DNA of 39,502 nt, taken from a bacterium (GTDB lineage Bacteria; Patescibacteriota; Minisyncoccia; Minisyncoccales; CG1-02-41-26). The stretch covers positions 1-39,502 of the forward strand of contig JAUVXX010000006.1 in the NCBI GenBank assembly GCA_030603395.1, in the 5' to 3' direction. A program made the translations under genes and the position numbers. Shown one piece after another: positions 24,635 through 32,652 of this stretch. The notes below the pieces were generated by a model, which saw nothing but the letters and a program-made list of their open reading frames with translations, searched no databases and was not told the DNA's origin. The number at the start of each line of letters is the position of its first letter. Within the stretch, counting starts at the first letter, position 1.

Positions 24635-26699
24635 GTCACCAACAAAATCAAAAACTCTTCAAGGATTTTTAAGCCAAGGTTACCTGGTTCAATCTTCCTA
24701 TGGTCATATTCGCGACTTGCCCAAGGGAGATTTAGGCATTGATATTGAAAACGACTTCAAACCAAAATATGTTATTCCCACCAAGGCAAGAAAAAGAGCG
24801 TCTGAACTTAAAAAATATTTAGTCAAAGCTGAAATTGTCATAATTGCTACGGACGAAGACAGAGAGGGAGAAGCAATCGCTTGGCATCTGACTAAAATTT
24901 TGAATTTGAACGGTGAAAAACCTTATCAAAGGATTGTTTTTCATGAAATAACCAAAAAAGCTGTTGAGGAGGCGCTAAAAAATCCAAGAAAGATTGATAT
25001 GAACTTAGTAAATGCTCAACAAACCAGGCGGATTTTGGATAGATTGGTCGGCTATAAACTTTCTCCTTTTTTGTGGAAAAAAGTAAGCAAAGGGTTATCG
25101 GCAGGAAGAGTCCAATCGGTGGCTGTCAGATTGATTGCGGAAAGGGAAAAAGAGATTGAGAGTTTCGTGCCTCAAGAATACTGGGAAATTGCAGCAGAGC
25201 TGCAATCACAGGTTAACACAGATAAGAAACAGATTAGCACAGATAATAAATCATTTTTGGCAAAGTTGATTAAGAAAGATGATAAAGTTATTTCCAAGCT
25301 TGACATAAAGACAAAGGGAGAAGCAGACAAAATTGTTAAAGATTTAGAGACGGCTTTATACAAAGTAATTAACATTGAAAGAAAGGAAATAAAAAGAAAT
25401 CCCCTGCCTCCCTTTACTACGAGCTCCTTGCAGCAAGAGGCCTATTCTCGCTTGCGATTTTCAGCCAAGAAAACAATGTTCATTGCCCAAAAGCTTTATG
25501 AGAGAGGATTCATCACCTATCACCGGACGGATTCTCTAAACTTATCTGAAATGAGTCTGGTAGTCGCCAAAAAGTTCATCCAGGAAAATTATGGTAAAAA
25601 TTATTGGGCTGGCTTTTTAAAGAGATATAAAGCAAAAGGTAGGGTTCAGGAAGCTCATGAAGCTATCAGGCCAAGCTATCCGGATAAAATTCCCGATGAC
25701 CTGAAACTGAAAGCTAAACTGGACGATAGTCAATCACGGCTTTATGATTTAATTTGGCGAAGGTTTATGGCTTGCCAGATGGCCCAAGCGCTTTTTGACT
25801 CATCTCAAATTGATATTTCAGCCGAAAACTACATTTTCAGGGTAACCGGACAGACCTTAAAATTTGACGGATTTTTAAAGGTCTACCCTTTAAAGTTTAA
25901 AGAAACTGAACTGCCGCTCTTGAAAAAGCAAGAAACATTGGAACTCAAAAAACTTATTCCCAGCCAACACTTTACTCAACCGCCTCCCAGATACAGTGAA
26001 GCTACCCTGATTAAAACCCTAGAGAAAGAAGGAATTGGCAGACCATCAACTTATGTTCCAATTTTAGATACCATCCAAAGAAGGAATTATGTTCAAAAGA
26101 ACGAACAGAGAAAATTCCAGCCAACCGAAACTGGGGTTTTAATTAACGACCTTCTGATGAAACATTTTCCCAAAATAGTTGACCTTAAATTTACCGCCAA
26201 CATGGAGAAGGACTTAGATGAAATTGCTCAGGGAAAAGAAAATTGGATAAAAACCTTGGCAGGGTTTTATCAGCCCTTTGAGAAGAATTTAAAAGAGAAA
26301 TATCAGGAACTTTCAAAAGAGGATTTGATAGAAAAAACCGAAAAAGTTTGTCCAAAATGTAAATCTCCCTTGATAATAAGATGGGGACGTTTTGGAAGAT
26401 TCTATGCCTGCTCGGGATTCCCCAAATGTAAATATACCGAACCCTTGAAAAAAACAACGCTGGGAATTAAATGCCCAAAATGCAACAAGGGAGAAATAGT
26501 TGAAAAGAGAAGTAAAAGGGGTAAACTGTTTTATAGCTGTAATCGCTGGCCAGATTGTGACTTTGCTTTGTGGGACAAACCAATCTCAGAAACTTGTCCC
26601 AAATGCAGTTCGCTTTTGGTTAGCAAAGGTAAAAATATAAAATGTTCAAATAAAGATTGTGATTTTGTAAAAAATGCCGAAACTAATTCGAAAACTTAA
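24615..26699 (+). CDS. topA: DNA topoisomerase I
   Basis: The Toprim N-terminus is RLVIVESPTKSKT...ATDEDREGEAI, the active-site region is ITYHRTDS, and there are three C-terminal C4 zinc ribbons. Start is chosen at ATG 24615, 9 nt after AGGAG. The track start at 24609 is only 3 nt after the SD. Confidence 0.9.
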   Translation: MRLVIVESPTKSKTLQGFLSQGYLVQSSYGHIRDLPKGDLGIDIENDFKPKYVIPTKARKRASELKKYLVKAEIVIIATDEDREGEAIAWHLTKILNLNGEKPYQRIVFHEITKKAVEEALKNPRKIDMNLVNAQQTRRILDRLVGYKLSPFLWKKVSKGLSAGRVQSVAVRLIAEREKEIESFVPQEYWEIAAELQSQVNTDKKQISTDNKSFLAKLIKKDDKVISKLDIKTKGEADKIVKDLETALYKVINIERKEIKRNPLPPFTTSSLQQEAYSRLRFSAKKTMFIAQKLYERGFITYHRTDSLNLSEMSLVVAKKFIQENYGKNYWAGFLKRYKAKGRVQEAHEAIRPSYPDKIPDDLKLKAKLDDSQSRLYDLIWRRFMACQMAQALFDSSQIDISAENYIFRVTGQTLKFDGFLKVYPLKFKETELPLLKKQETLELKKLIPSQHFTQPPPRYSEATLIKTLEKEGIGRPSTYVPILDTIQRRNYVQKNEQRKFQPTETGVLINDLLMKHFPKIVDLKFTANMEKDLDEIAQGKENWIKTLAGFYQPFEKNLKEKYQELSKEDLIEKTEKVCPKCKSPLIIRWGRFGRFYACSGFPKCKYTEPLKKTTLGIKCPKCNKGEIVEKRSKRGKLFYSCNRWPDCDFALWDKPISETCPKCSSLLVSKGKNIKCSNKDCDFVKNAETNSKT

Positions 26700-28467
26700 A
26701 GAGGGACTTGGAGAAAACGAGGTAATCAACCTGGCTTTGGAGGTCCTGGGCAAAAATTTTAAAGAGAATGAATTTTTATTTGTCCATTCTCTGAGAACTG
26801 GTTTAGCTTTGAAAGAAATGGGGGTAATTGACGGAGAAACCATAGCGGCGGGAATTTTGCATCATCTCCCTGAAACATCTCTAACCTTTAAAAATATCTC
26901 CCAAGAAACCCAGGACGAAATTTTTAAGATAGTAAGAAAGATGAATCAGCTGAGAGAGCTTTTTTCTTCCAGGAAAGGCTCAAAGCCAAAACCCATCAAG
27001 AAATGGCAGAAAATCTTTTTAAATGTTCAGGCGGGAAATTTGAGAAGAATGATTTTTGCCATCACTCAGGATTTAAGACCAATTTTCGTTTTGTTGGCAG
27101 GTAGATTAGATGAAATGAGAAATCTGCAAAGTTTTCCCGAAACTCATCAACAAAAAGATTACCAGCAAAAAGAGAGCTTAGAAGCACTGGAAATCTTATC
27201 TCCCTTGGCTTATGGAATGGGGATGGGAGAAGTCAAGGGTGAGTTTGAAGATTTGGCTTTCCCTTATCTTTACCCAAAAGAATACAAATGGTTAAGAGAA
27301 ACAGTGAAGGAAAAATATACCGAAAGAGAAAAGCATCTTGAAAGAGTGAAGCCTCGTTTAATAGAAATGTTGGGTGGAGAAAAAATTACCATCCTGGATA
27401 TTCGTGCCAGAGCCAAACATTATTTCTCTTTGTATCAAAAACTTTTGAGATATGATATGGATATTGAGAAAATTCACGATTTAGTCGCTCTAAGAATAAT
27501 TGTTCCCGATATTGAAAGTTGCTATCGGGTCTTAGGGACAATTCACAACACCTGGCCCCCATTACCGGGCAGAATCAAAGATTACATCTCGTCTCCCAAA
27601 CCTAATGGTTACCGAGCTTTACACAGCACTGTTCGCTGCCAAGAAAGTAAAATGGTGGAGATTCAAATTAAAACTCCTGAGATGCACAAAGAAGCAGAAT
27701 ATGGTGTTGCTGCTCACTTGGCTTACAAAGAAAAATTCCCTAATAGAACTTATAGACACCGATTTTACTGGCTGGACCAATTACGAAGATGGCGAGAAGA
27801 AATTAAAGACACTAGAAAAATATCTGAACATCTGGAATCTGAATTGTTCGGAGACCGGGTTTTTGCTTTCACCCCCAGAGGTGATGTAATTAACCTACCC
27901 AAGGGAGCAACCCCCGTTGATTTTGCTTATGCTGTTCATACCGAGATCGGCGACCGTGCCGAAGGAGCAAAGATTGATGGAAAAATAGTTCACTTAAATC
28001 AGGTTTTAGAGAATGGCCAAAAAGTTGAAATCTTAACTGATAAAAACAAAACTCCTTCTTCGGACTGGTTGCGTTTTGTTAAAACAGCCAAAGCTCGCTC
28101 CAAAATTAGAAACTTTTTAGAGGCTGCCTATGGCATTTCTCCGGGAAAACCCCAAAAAACCACTTTGCGAGAAAAAGTTTCTATTATTAAAAAGATTCTG
28201 CCGATTAGAAGAAAGAAAAGGCCTCAAGTTCTGGTGGCTGGTGAGTCCGGGATTTCAGTAAAATTTAGCAAGGACTGCAACCCCAAACCTGGTGATGAAA
28301 TTTTAGCTTTTATCACTAAGGGAGAAGGCGCTTCTTTGCACAAAATTGATTGCCAAAACCTAAAAGAACTTCAACAAAAATGGCCTGAAAGAATCATTAA
28401 GGCCAGTTGGCAGGATGTAAAAGAGAAGGAAAAAAAGAAAGGTAAAAAGAAAGGTAAAAAAGTTTGA
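26674..28467 (+). CDS. relA: Long RelA/SpoT homolog ((p)ppGpp synthetase) with degenerate HD hydrolase motif
   Basis: 597 aa. Synthetase motifs are RAKHYFSLYQK, DLVALRIIV, YRALHSTV, EIQIKTPEMH and AAHLAYK. A TGS domain (FTPRGDVINLPKGATPVDFAY) and a C-terminal regulatory region are present. The N-terminal ETIAAGILHHLPE replaces the canonical ..LLHD..ED. The tail is lysine-rich. Confidence 0.8.
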   Translation: MPKLIRKLKEGLGENEVINLALEVLGKNFKENEFLFVHSLRTGLALKEMGVIDGETIAAGILHHLPETSLTFKNISQETQDEIFKIVRKMNQLRELFSSRKGSKPKPIKKWQKIFLNVQAGNLRRMIFAITQDLRPIFVLLAGRLDEMRNLQSFPETHQQKDYQQKESLEALEILSPLAYGMGMGEVKGEFEDLAFPYLYPKEYKWLRETVKEKYTEREKHLERVKPRLIEMLGGEKITILDIRARAKHYFSLYQKLLRYDMDIEKIHDLVALRIIVPDIESCYRVLGTIHNTWPPLPGRIKDYISSPKPNGYRALHSTVRCQESKMVEIQIKTPEMHKEAEYGVAAHLAYKEKFPNRTYRHRFYWLDQLRRWREEIKDTRKISEHLESELFGDRVFAFTPRGDVINLPKGATPVDFAYAVHTEIGDRAEGAKIDGKIVHLNQVLENGQKVEILTDKNKTPSSDWLRFVKTAKARSKIRNFLEAAYGISPGKPQKTTLREKVSIIKKILPIRRKKRPQVLVAGESGISVKFSKDCNPKPGDEILAFITKGEGASLHKIDCQNLKELQQKWPERIIKASWQDVKEKEKKKGKKKGKKV

Positions 28468-28500
28468 ATTTAAAAAATTTAGTGATAGAATGGGAACCGA

Positions 28501-28584
28501 GCCGGAGTGGTGAAATTGGGAAACACGATGGATTCAAAATCCATTGCTCGCAAGGGCTTGAGGGTTCGAGTCCCTCCTCCGGCA
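28501..28584 (+). tRNA. tRNA-Leu (anticodon CAA)
   Basis: Folded by hand. The acceptor stem pairs GCCGGAG with CTCCGGC, and the D-arm is GTG..CAC. The anticodon stem ATGGA/TCCAT carries loop TTCAAAA, with anticodon CAA at 28535-28537. A long variable arm is present. The T-arm is GAGGG-TTCGAGT-CCCTC and the discriminator is A. CCA is not encoded. Confidence 0.9.
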
Positions 28585-28598
28585 CCCTCAGAAAAAAA

Positions 28599-28626
28599 TT
28601 GACAAATCTTTTAGTTTGAGTAAAAT
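28599..28626 (+). promoter_or_regulatory. Near-consensus promoter of the orphan 100-aa gene (TTGACA-N16-TAAAAT)
   Basis: TTGACA at 28599-28604 and TAAAAT at 28621-28626, 15 nt after the tRNA 3' end. Confidence 0.55.
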
Positions 28627-28636
28627 AATCTTCAGC

Positions 28637-28658
28637 GGGAGCACAAATTTTTGCTCCC
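28637..28658 (+). promoter_or_regulatory. 5' UTR hairpin (GGGAGCA-N8-TGCTCCC) upstream of a strong SD
   Basis: A perfect 7-bp stem at 28637-28643 and 28652-28658. It is not followed by a U-run. The SD AGGAGGTGAGG at 28670-28680 precedes ATG 28687. Confidence 0.3.
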
Positions 28659-28686
28659 AATTAACAAATAGGAGGTGAGGTAAAAG

Positions 28687-28989
28687 ATGGAAGAAGATGT
28701 TATCTTGCTTATAACGGGGGAAGTAAATAGAATTCTCCCCCTGGTCCTGAAATCAGTTGGAAACAAGAAGGTAAAAGTTGTGAGAATTTATTACAATGGC
28801 TACAAATTTTGGATTCCAGAGAGACACCAGAGAAAACAGTATAGGGGTGAAAAAAATCCTGCCATGATTTTGATTGATAACCCTAGTTTCGAAAGCGGGT
28901 TCTTAGTAAAGCATTTAAAGAACATGCTAGATGATCTTCAGACGTGGCATCACTATATTCCCATTCTCCAACTGAAATATCTTCGGTAA
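28687..28989 (+). CDS. Hypothetical soluble 100-aa protein, no recognised family
   Basis: The ORF has its own promoter, a very strong SD and a downstream terminator. The sequence begins MEEDVILLITGEVNRILPLVLKSVGNKKVKVVRIYYNGYKFWIPERHQRKQYRGEKNP... and contains no TM segments. Confidence 0.6.
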   Translation: MEEDVILLITGEVNRILPLVLKSVGNKKVKVVRIYYNGYKFWIPERHQRKQYRGEKNPAMILIDNPSFESGFLVKHLKNMLDDLQTWHHYIPILQLKYLR

Positions 28990-29007
28990 AACAAGTAAGT
29001 AGAACAT

Positions 29008-29048
29008 AAAAAAAACTCCGCTGCCGGATGACCCAACAGCGGAGTTTT
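29008..29048. terminator. Bidirectional intrinsic terminator between convergent genes
   Basis: The stem pairs AAAACTCCGCTG (29012-29023) with CAGCGGAGTTTT (29037-29048). An A-run lies upstream, so both strands read hairpin followed by U-run. Confidence 0.65.
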
Positions 29049-29062
29049 ACTTTAATTAGATA

Positions 29063-29563
29063 TTATTTCCTAAAAATCCTATGGATGAGCCAAGCGGCAA
29101 AGAGACCGACCACGACTCCCCCTAAAATGTCAGATGGCCAGTGGAGGCCGGAAAAAACTCGGCTGATACAAATTAAAGTGCTGGCAATAAAAAATAAAAT
29201 GCCAGCTTTTTTGTTATAAAAATAAACTATTAAAGATATAGCGAAAAAGAAAGCGGCGTGGCCCGAAGGAAAAGAACCAGTTAAACGGTGAGGTAAAAGT
29301 AAATTAACTTGTTCCAAAACAAATGGCCTGGTTCGTGGACAAAGCCAGCGAATGATTTCAGTAATAATAAATCTTGCTAAAACTGCCGAAATAAAAGCGG
29401 TGGCTGTCATTTTCCAATATTTCCTAAAGTTTTTTATTAAAAACAAAATCAGAACTCCAATCAGAACCCAGCCAAAATAATTAGCAAAAAAGATGGCGGC
29501 AGCATCAAGCCAAAGATATTTTAAAGCAAAACTGTTTATGTATTGAAAGATTACTGAATCCAT
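29063..29563 (-). CDS. PAP2-family lipid phosphatase (undecaprenyl-diphosphatase BcrC-like)
   Basis: 166 aa and polytopic. The PAP2 motifs are CPRTRPF, PSGHAAF and SRVFSGLHWPSD. Confidence 0.75.
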   Translation of the reverse strand: MDSVIFQYINSFALKYLWLDAAAIFFANYFGWVLIGVLILFLIKNFRKYWKMTATAFISAVLARFIITEIIRWLCPRTRPFVLEQVNLLLPHRLTGSFPSGHAAFFFAISLIVYFYNKKAGILFFIASTLICISRVFSGLHWPSDILGGVVVGLFAAWLIHRIFRK

Positions 29564-29566
29564 TAT

Positions 29567-30727
29567 TTAGAGGACATTAATAAAAAGCGAAGCTACGGCT
29601 GCTAAAATAAAAGTCCAAATCAGACCAACAAAACCTAATAACAGAAAACATAAAATTAACATTACTATCCTGCCTACATTCAAGGCAATTTCTCTCAAGA
29701 CCGTGTATTCATCAAGATAACGACCGCTATCGTCCATTTGTTCGTACATCAAGGTAACAAAAGGTGTCCCTCTGATAATCCCACTGAAAGAATGGTAGGT
29801 GCTGACTATAAATATCTGGAAAGTACTGCTTACAAACATTTTAATTCCCCAACCAATAGCGTATAAAGCTGAACCAAATCTGATTAAAGGTCTTTTCCTT
29901 GTCTTGTCTGATAAAGTTCCCATGGTTAGTTGCAACAAAACGCTCACCAAAATAATTGCTCCTGAGATTATTCCTACCGAAACGTAATTCTCTTTCAATA
30001 TCTGAAAAATAAAAATGGGCCAGATGACAAGAGGAATTACGCTCTCTGCCCCATCTGCCCCAAAAGCCAAAAACATCTTACGATTTTTTCTACTGATTAA
30101 TTCTTTGAATGTCTGAAAGTAAGAGAAGCTGTATTTTTCTCTGGTAGGTCTGATTAAAAAAAGTGGCAGAATTGAAAATACCGTGATGGCTGTCGCCAGT
30201 ATAAAAAAAGTGCTAAAGCCAAATCGGTCAATGGTGAGGCCGGCCAAAAGAGGAGTAATCACACCAACCAAAAGCAAGATGGAAAAGAAAAAAGCAAGTT
30301 GCCTTCCCCGACCCCGGGGATTGGTAAATTCAACAAAATTAACATGATAAGGAGTCCAGTAGAGAATTCTGAATAAGGTTATTCCCAAAAGCGCCAAGCC
30401 GAGAAAAATAAGGTATTCTATTTTGCTGAAATAATAAAGAGAAAAATAGTAGCCAACCAGACAAGGAATAGCTAAAATCATGGTTTTTTTCAGGCCAATC
30501 TTTGACATAACTCGAGCTCCCAAAGGAACAAACAAACCAAAAAGAATAAAACTTATAATATAAAAGAGAAGAACATTTTGAACCGAACGATTGAGTCTCT
30601 CAAATAAAAAAATGGGTAAGAAAAGCCCCACCATCCCAGCAGCAAAACAATAAAGCAATTGGTTGGAAAAAAGAGAGAGGATGTCGAAGGAAAATTTTGG
30701 ATATTTTAATAAATCTTTGAATTTCAT
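29567..30727 (-). CDS. MFS-type transporter
   Basis: 386 aa with about 12 TM helices in two halves and loop motifs such as GARVMSKIGLKK and LSDKTRKRP. Confidence 0.6.
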   Translation of the reverse strand: MKFKDLLKYPKFSFDILSLFSNQLLYCFAAGMVGLFLPIFLFERLNRSVQNVLLFYIISFILFGLFVPLGARVMSKIGLKKTMILAIPCLVGYYFSLYYFSKIEYLIFLGLALLGITLFRILYWTPYHVNFVEFTNPRGRGRQLAFFFSILLLVGVITPLLAGLTIDRFGFSTFFILATAITVFSILPLFLIRPTREKYSFSYFQTFKELISRKNRKMFLAFGADGAESVIPLVIWPIFIFQILKENYVSVGIISGAIILVSVLLQLTMGTLSDKTRKRPLIRFGSALYAIGWGIKMFVSSTFQIFIVSTYHSFSGIIRGTPFVTLMYEQMDDSGRYLDEYTVLREIALNVGRIVMLILCFLLLGFVGLIWTFILAAVASLFINVL

Positions 30728-31314
30728 TTTCTTAATATCTTGGGCTTAGCACCGGTTAAATCAATGACTCTTGAAGGTCTTGATGGTTTCAAATTCCCAG
30801 CGTCTAAAATCAAATCCGGCTGGAATTTTTTATCCTGGAATTGTTTAATGATATCTTTTATTTTTGCTGAGGCAGCCAAACCGGAGATGTTGGCTGAAGT
30901 ACCGGTTAAGGGTCGCTTAGTGATTGATAACAATTGATTGATAAGTTTATAATTGGGGATTCTTAAGCCAATTGTTTCTTTGTCCCCGAATAAAATTTGA
31001 GGCAAGCCACAATCTTTTTTCCGTCTCAGCACCACTGTTACCTTGCCGGGCCAAACTTTTTTTAAAAATTCCTGTTGGGTTTTGGAAATTTCGGCTAACT
31101 TTCTTGCCATGGTTATGTTTTGAACAAAAATAGGAATCGGTTTTCCTTTTTCTCTTCTTTTTATTTTCAAAAGTTTTTTAACTGCTTCCTCGTTGCCAGC
31201 ATCAGCCAAAAGGCCATAAACCGTGTCGGTCGGCGAGACCAAAACTTTACCTTTTAAAATTAAACTTGCTGTCTTTCTAATCTTTTCTTTGGTATTAATC
31301 TTTAAAATTTCCAT
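30724..31314 (-). CDS. tsaC: L-threonylcarbamoyladenylate synthase (TsaC/YrdC family)
   Basis: 196 aa with VSPTDTVYGLLADA, KIKRREKGKPIPIFV and TGTSANISG. Confidence 0.8.
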   Translation of the reverse strand: MEILKINTKEKIRKTASLILKGKVLVSPTDTVYGLLADAGNEEAVKKLLKIKRREKGKPIPIFVQNITMARKLAEISKTQQEFLKKVWPGKVTVVLRRKKDCGLPQILFGDKETIGLRIPNYKLINQLLSITKRPLTGTSANISGLAASAKIKDIIKQFQDKKFQPDLILDAGNLKPSRPSRVIDLTGAKPKILRK

Positions 31315-32030
31315 TACTTGAAGTTCTTAGAACTTTTCAAAAATTGAGAAAGTTTTATAATATCAGCCGGGTTGCCAAAGTCAATCCAATAATCTTGAAT
31401 TTTTTTGATTTTCACTCTTTCCTCCTTAGCTAAAAGGGTGGTAGCATCGGTCAGTTCGTATTCTCCCCGAGGCGAGAGAGAAACTTCTGGGATTTTTTCA
31501 AAAATCTCTGGGGTAAATTTATAAAGTCCGGTGTTTATCAAATTGCCAACGTGTTCTTTGGGCTTCTCTATAATCTCTTTTAAAAAACCATTGTCAGAAA
31601 TAAGGACGCCGTATTTTTCCGGATGCTCATGATAAAATCCGGCTACATAATTGTAGTCATCTTCAATATTGAAGGCACGGAGGTCTTTTACTGAAAAAAG
31701 ATTGTCGCCAGGAACCGCCAAAAAATTCTCTTTACCGATAATGTCTTTGATGCATTTTATCGGGCACAAAGTTCCGTATTCTTTTTCTCCTAAAATCTCA
31801 AACTGATTAACAACCTTTGCCTCATATTTATACTTCCTTAAAAATTCTCTCATCATTTTTTCTTTATAGCCAACTACCAAAATCAGTTCTCGGTACCCTG
31901 CTTTCAAAAGATTATCTAAAAGATAGCCCAGAAAGGGCTTTTTTTGAACCTTAATAAGATGCTTTGATTTATTTTTAGTTAGTTTGAGCATCCGGGTTCC
32001 TTGACCCGCCGCTGAAATGACGACCTTCAT
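31314..32030 (-). CDS. Sugar-phosphate nucleotidyltransferase
   Basis: 238 aa. The N-terminal VISAAGQGTRM...K.L is the NTP-transferase G-x-G-T-R signature. Confidence 0.7.
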   Translation of the reverse strand: MKVVISAAGQGTRMLKLTKNKSKHLIKVQKKPFLGYLLDNLLKAGYRELILVVGYKEKMMREFLRKYKYEAKVVNQFEILGEKEYGTLCPIKCIKDIIGKENFLAVPGDNLFSVKDLRAFNIEDDYNYVAGFYHEHPEKYGVLISDNGFLKEIIEKPKEHVGNLINTGLYKFTPEIFEKIPEVSLSPRGEYELTDATTLLAKEERVKIKKIQDYWIDFGNPADIIKLSQFLKSSKNFK

Positions 32031-32614
32031 AACTTCTTAGCTAACTCAAAGGCTTTTTTGTTCAATTCAAAATATTTTTCCGGGACAACTTTTTTAATAG
32101 CTTTTAAAATTGAGTTTGGTTTTAAAGGGATTAATTTTTTGAAAACTGCATAACCCAAAAGGTAAATTCCTGTTAAAACTTCATTACCTAATTTCTCTTT
32201 GGCGATTTTTGAAGCAGGAATAAAAATGGTTTTTTTAGAAAATTTCTTTAACTCTCTTGAAATTCCTTTACTGGAAAAACTTTTTTTAGCATCAAGAATC
32301 GGTTTAATAAAATCATTGACCAAAAACTGAGTTTTGGTTTTCGTTCCATAGTAATAAGCTTTCAAGGCTTCCTGGGCTTCAAGAGAAATTATTAAGCTGG
32401 CTCCTCCCTGCCTGATTAAGGGAGAGTGGATTTCCTTGCCGAATCTAACGTGGGTTTCAACCGAGCCGCCTCTTTGAGATAACCCGTGGAGTTCTGAAGT
32501 TTTGACGTCAAGTTTTTCAATTAAAGCCGCCTCAGCCAAAACCTGAGTCAAGGTAATTATCCCCTGACCTCCAATCCCGGCTAAAATTATATTAAATTCT
32601 TTTTTATTTTTCAT
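32027..32614 (-). CDS. iorB: Indolepyruvate/2-oxoacid:ferredoxin oxidoreductase, beta (gamma-domain) subunit
   Basis: 195 aa. ILAGIGGQGIITLTQVLAEAA and SELHGLSQRGGSV are typical of the POR gamma-domain family. Confidence 0.7.
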   Translation of the reverse strand: MKNKKEFNIILAGIGGQGIITLTQVLAEAALIEKLDVKTSELHGLSQRGGSVETHVRFGKEIHSPLIRQGGASLIISLEAQEALKAYYYGTKTKTQFLVNDFIKPILDAKKSFSSKGISRELKKFSKKTIFIPASKIAKEKLGNEVLTGIYLLGYAVFKKLIPLKPNSILKAIKKVVPEKYFELNKKAFELAKKL

Positions 32615-32652
32615 ATATAAGAATTATTAAAAGTTTTTTGGCCATTGGTTTC

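Noticed and set aside
28397-28660. An 87-aa minus-strand ORF.
   Set aside because: It overlaps the hand-folded tRNA-Leu and the plus-strand promoter and has no start signals.
28585-29062. A genomic island or integrative element at the tRNA-Leu 3' flank.
   Set aside because: I saw no integrase or recombinase gene and no direct repeat of the tRNA 3' end. Only a single small ORF lies there. It is kept as an orphan-gene finding, not a mobile element.
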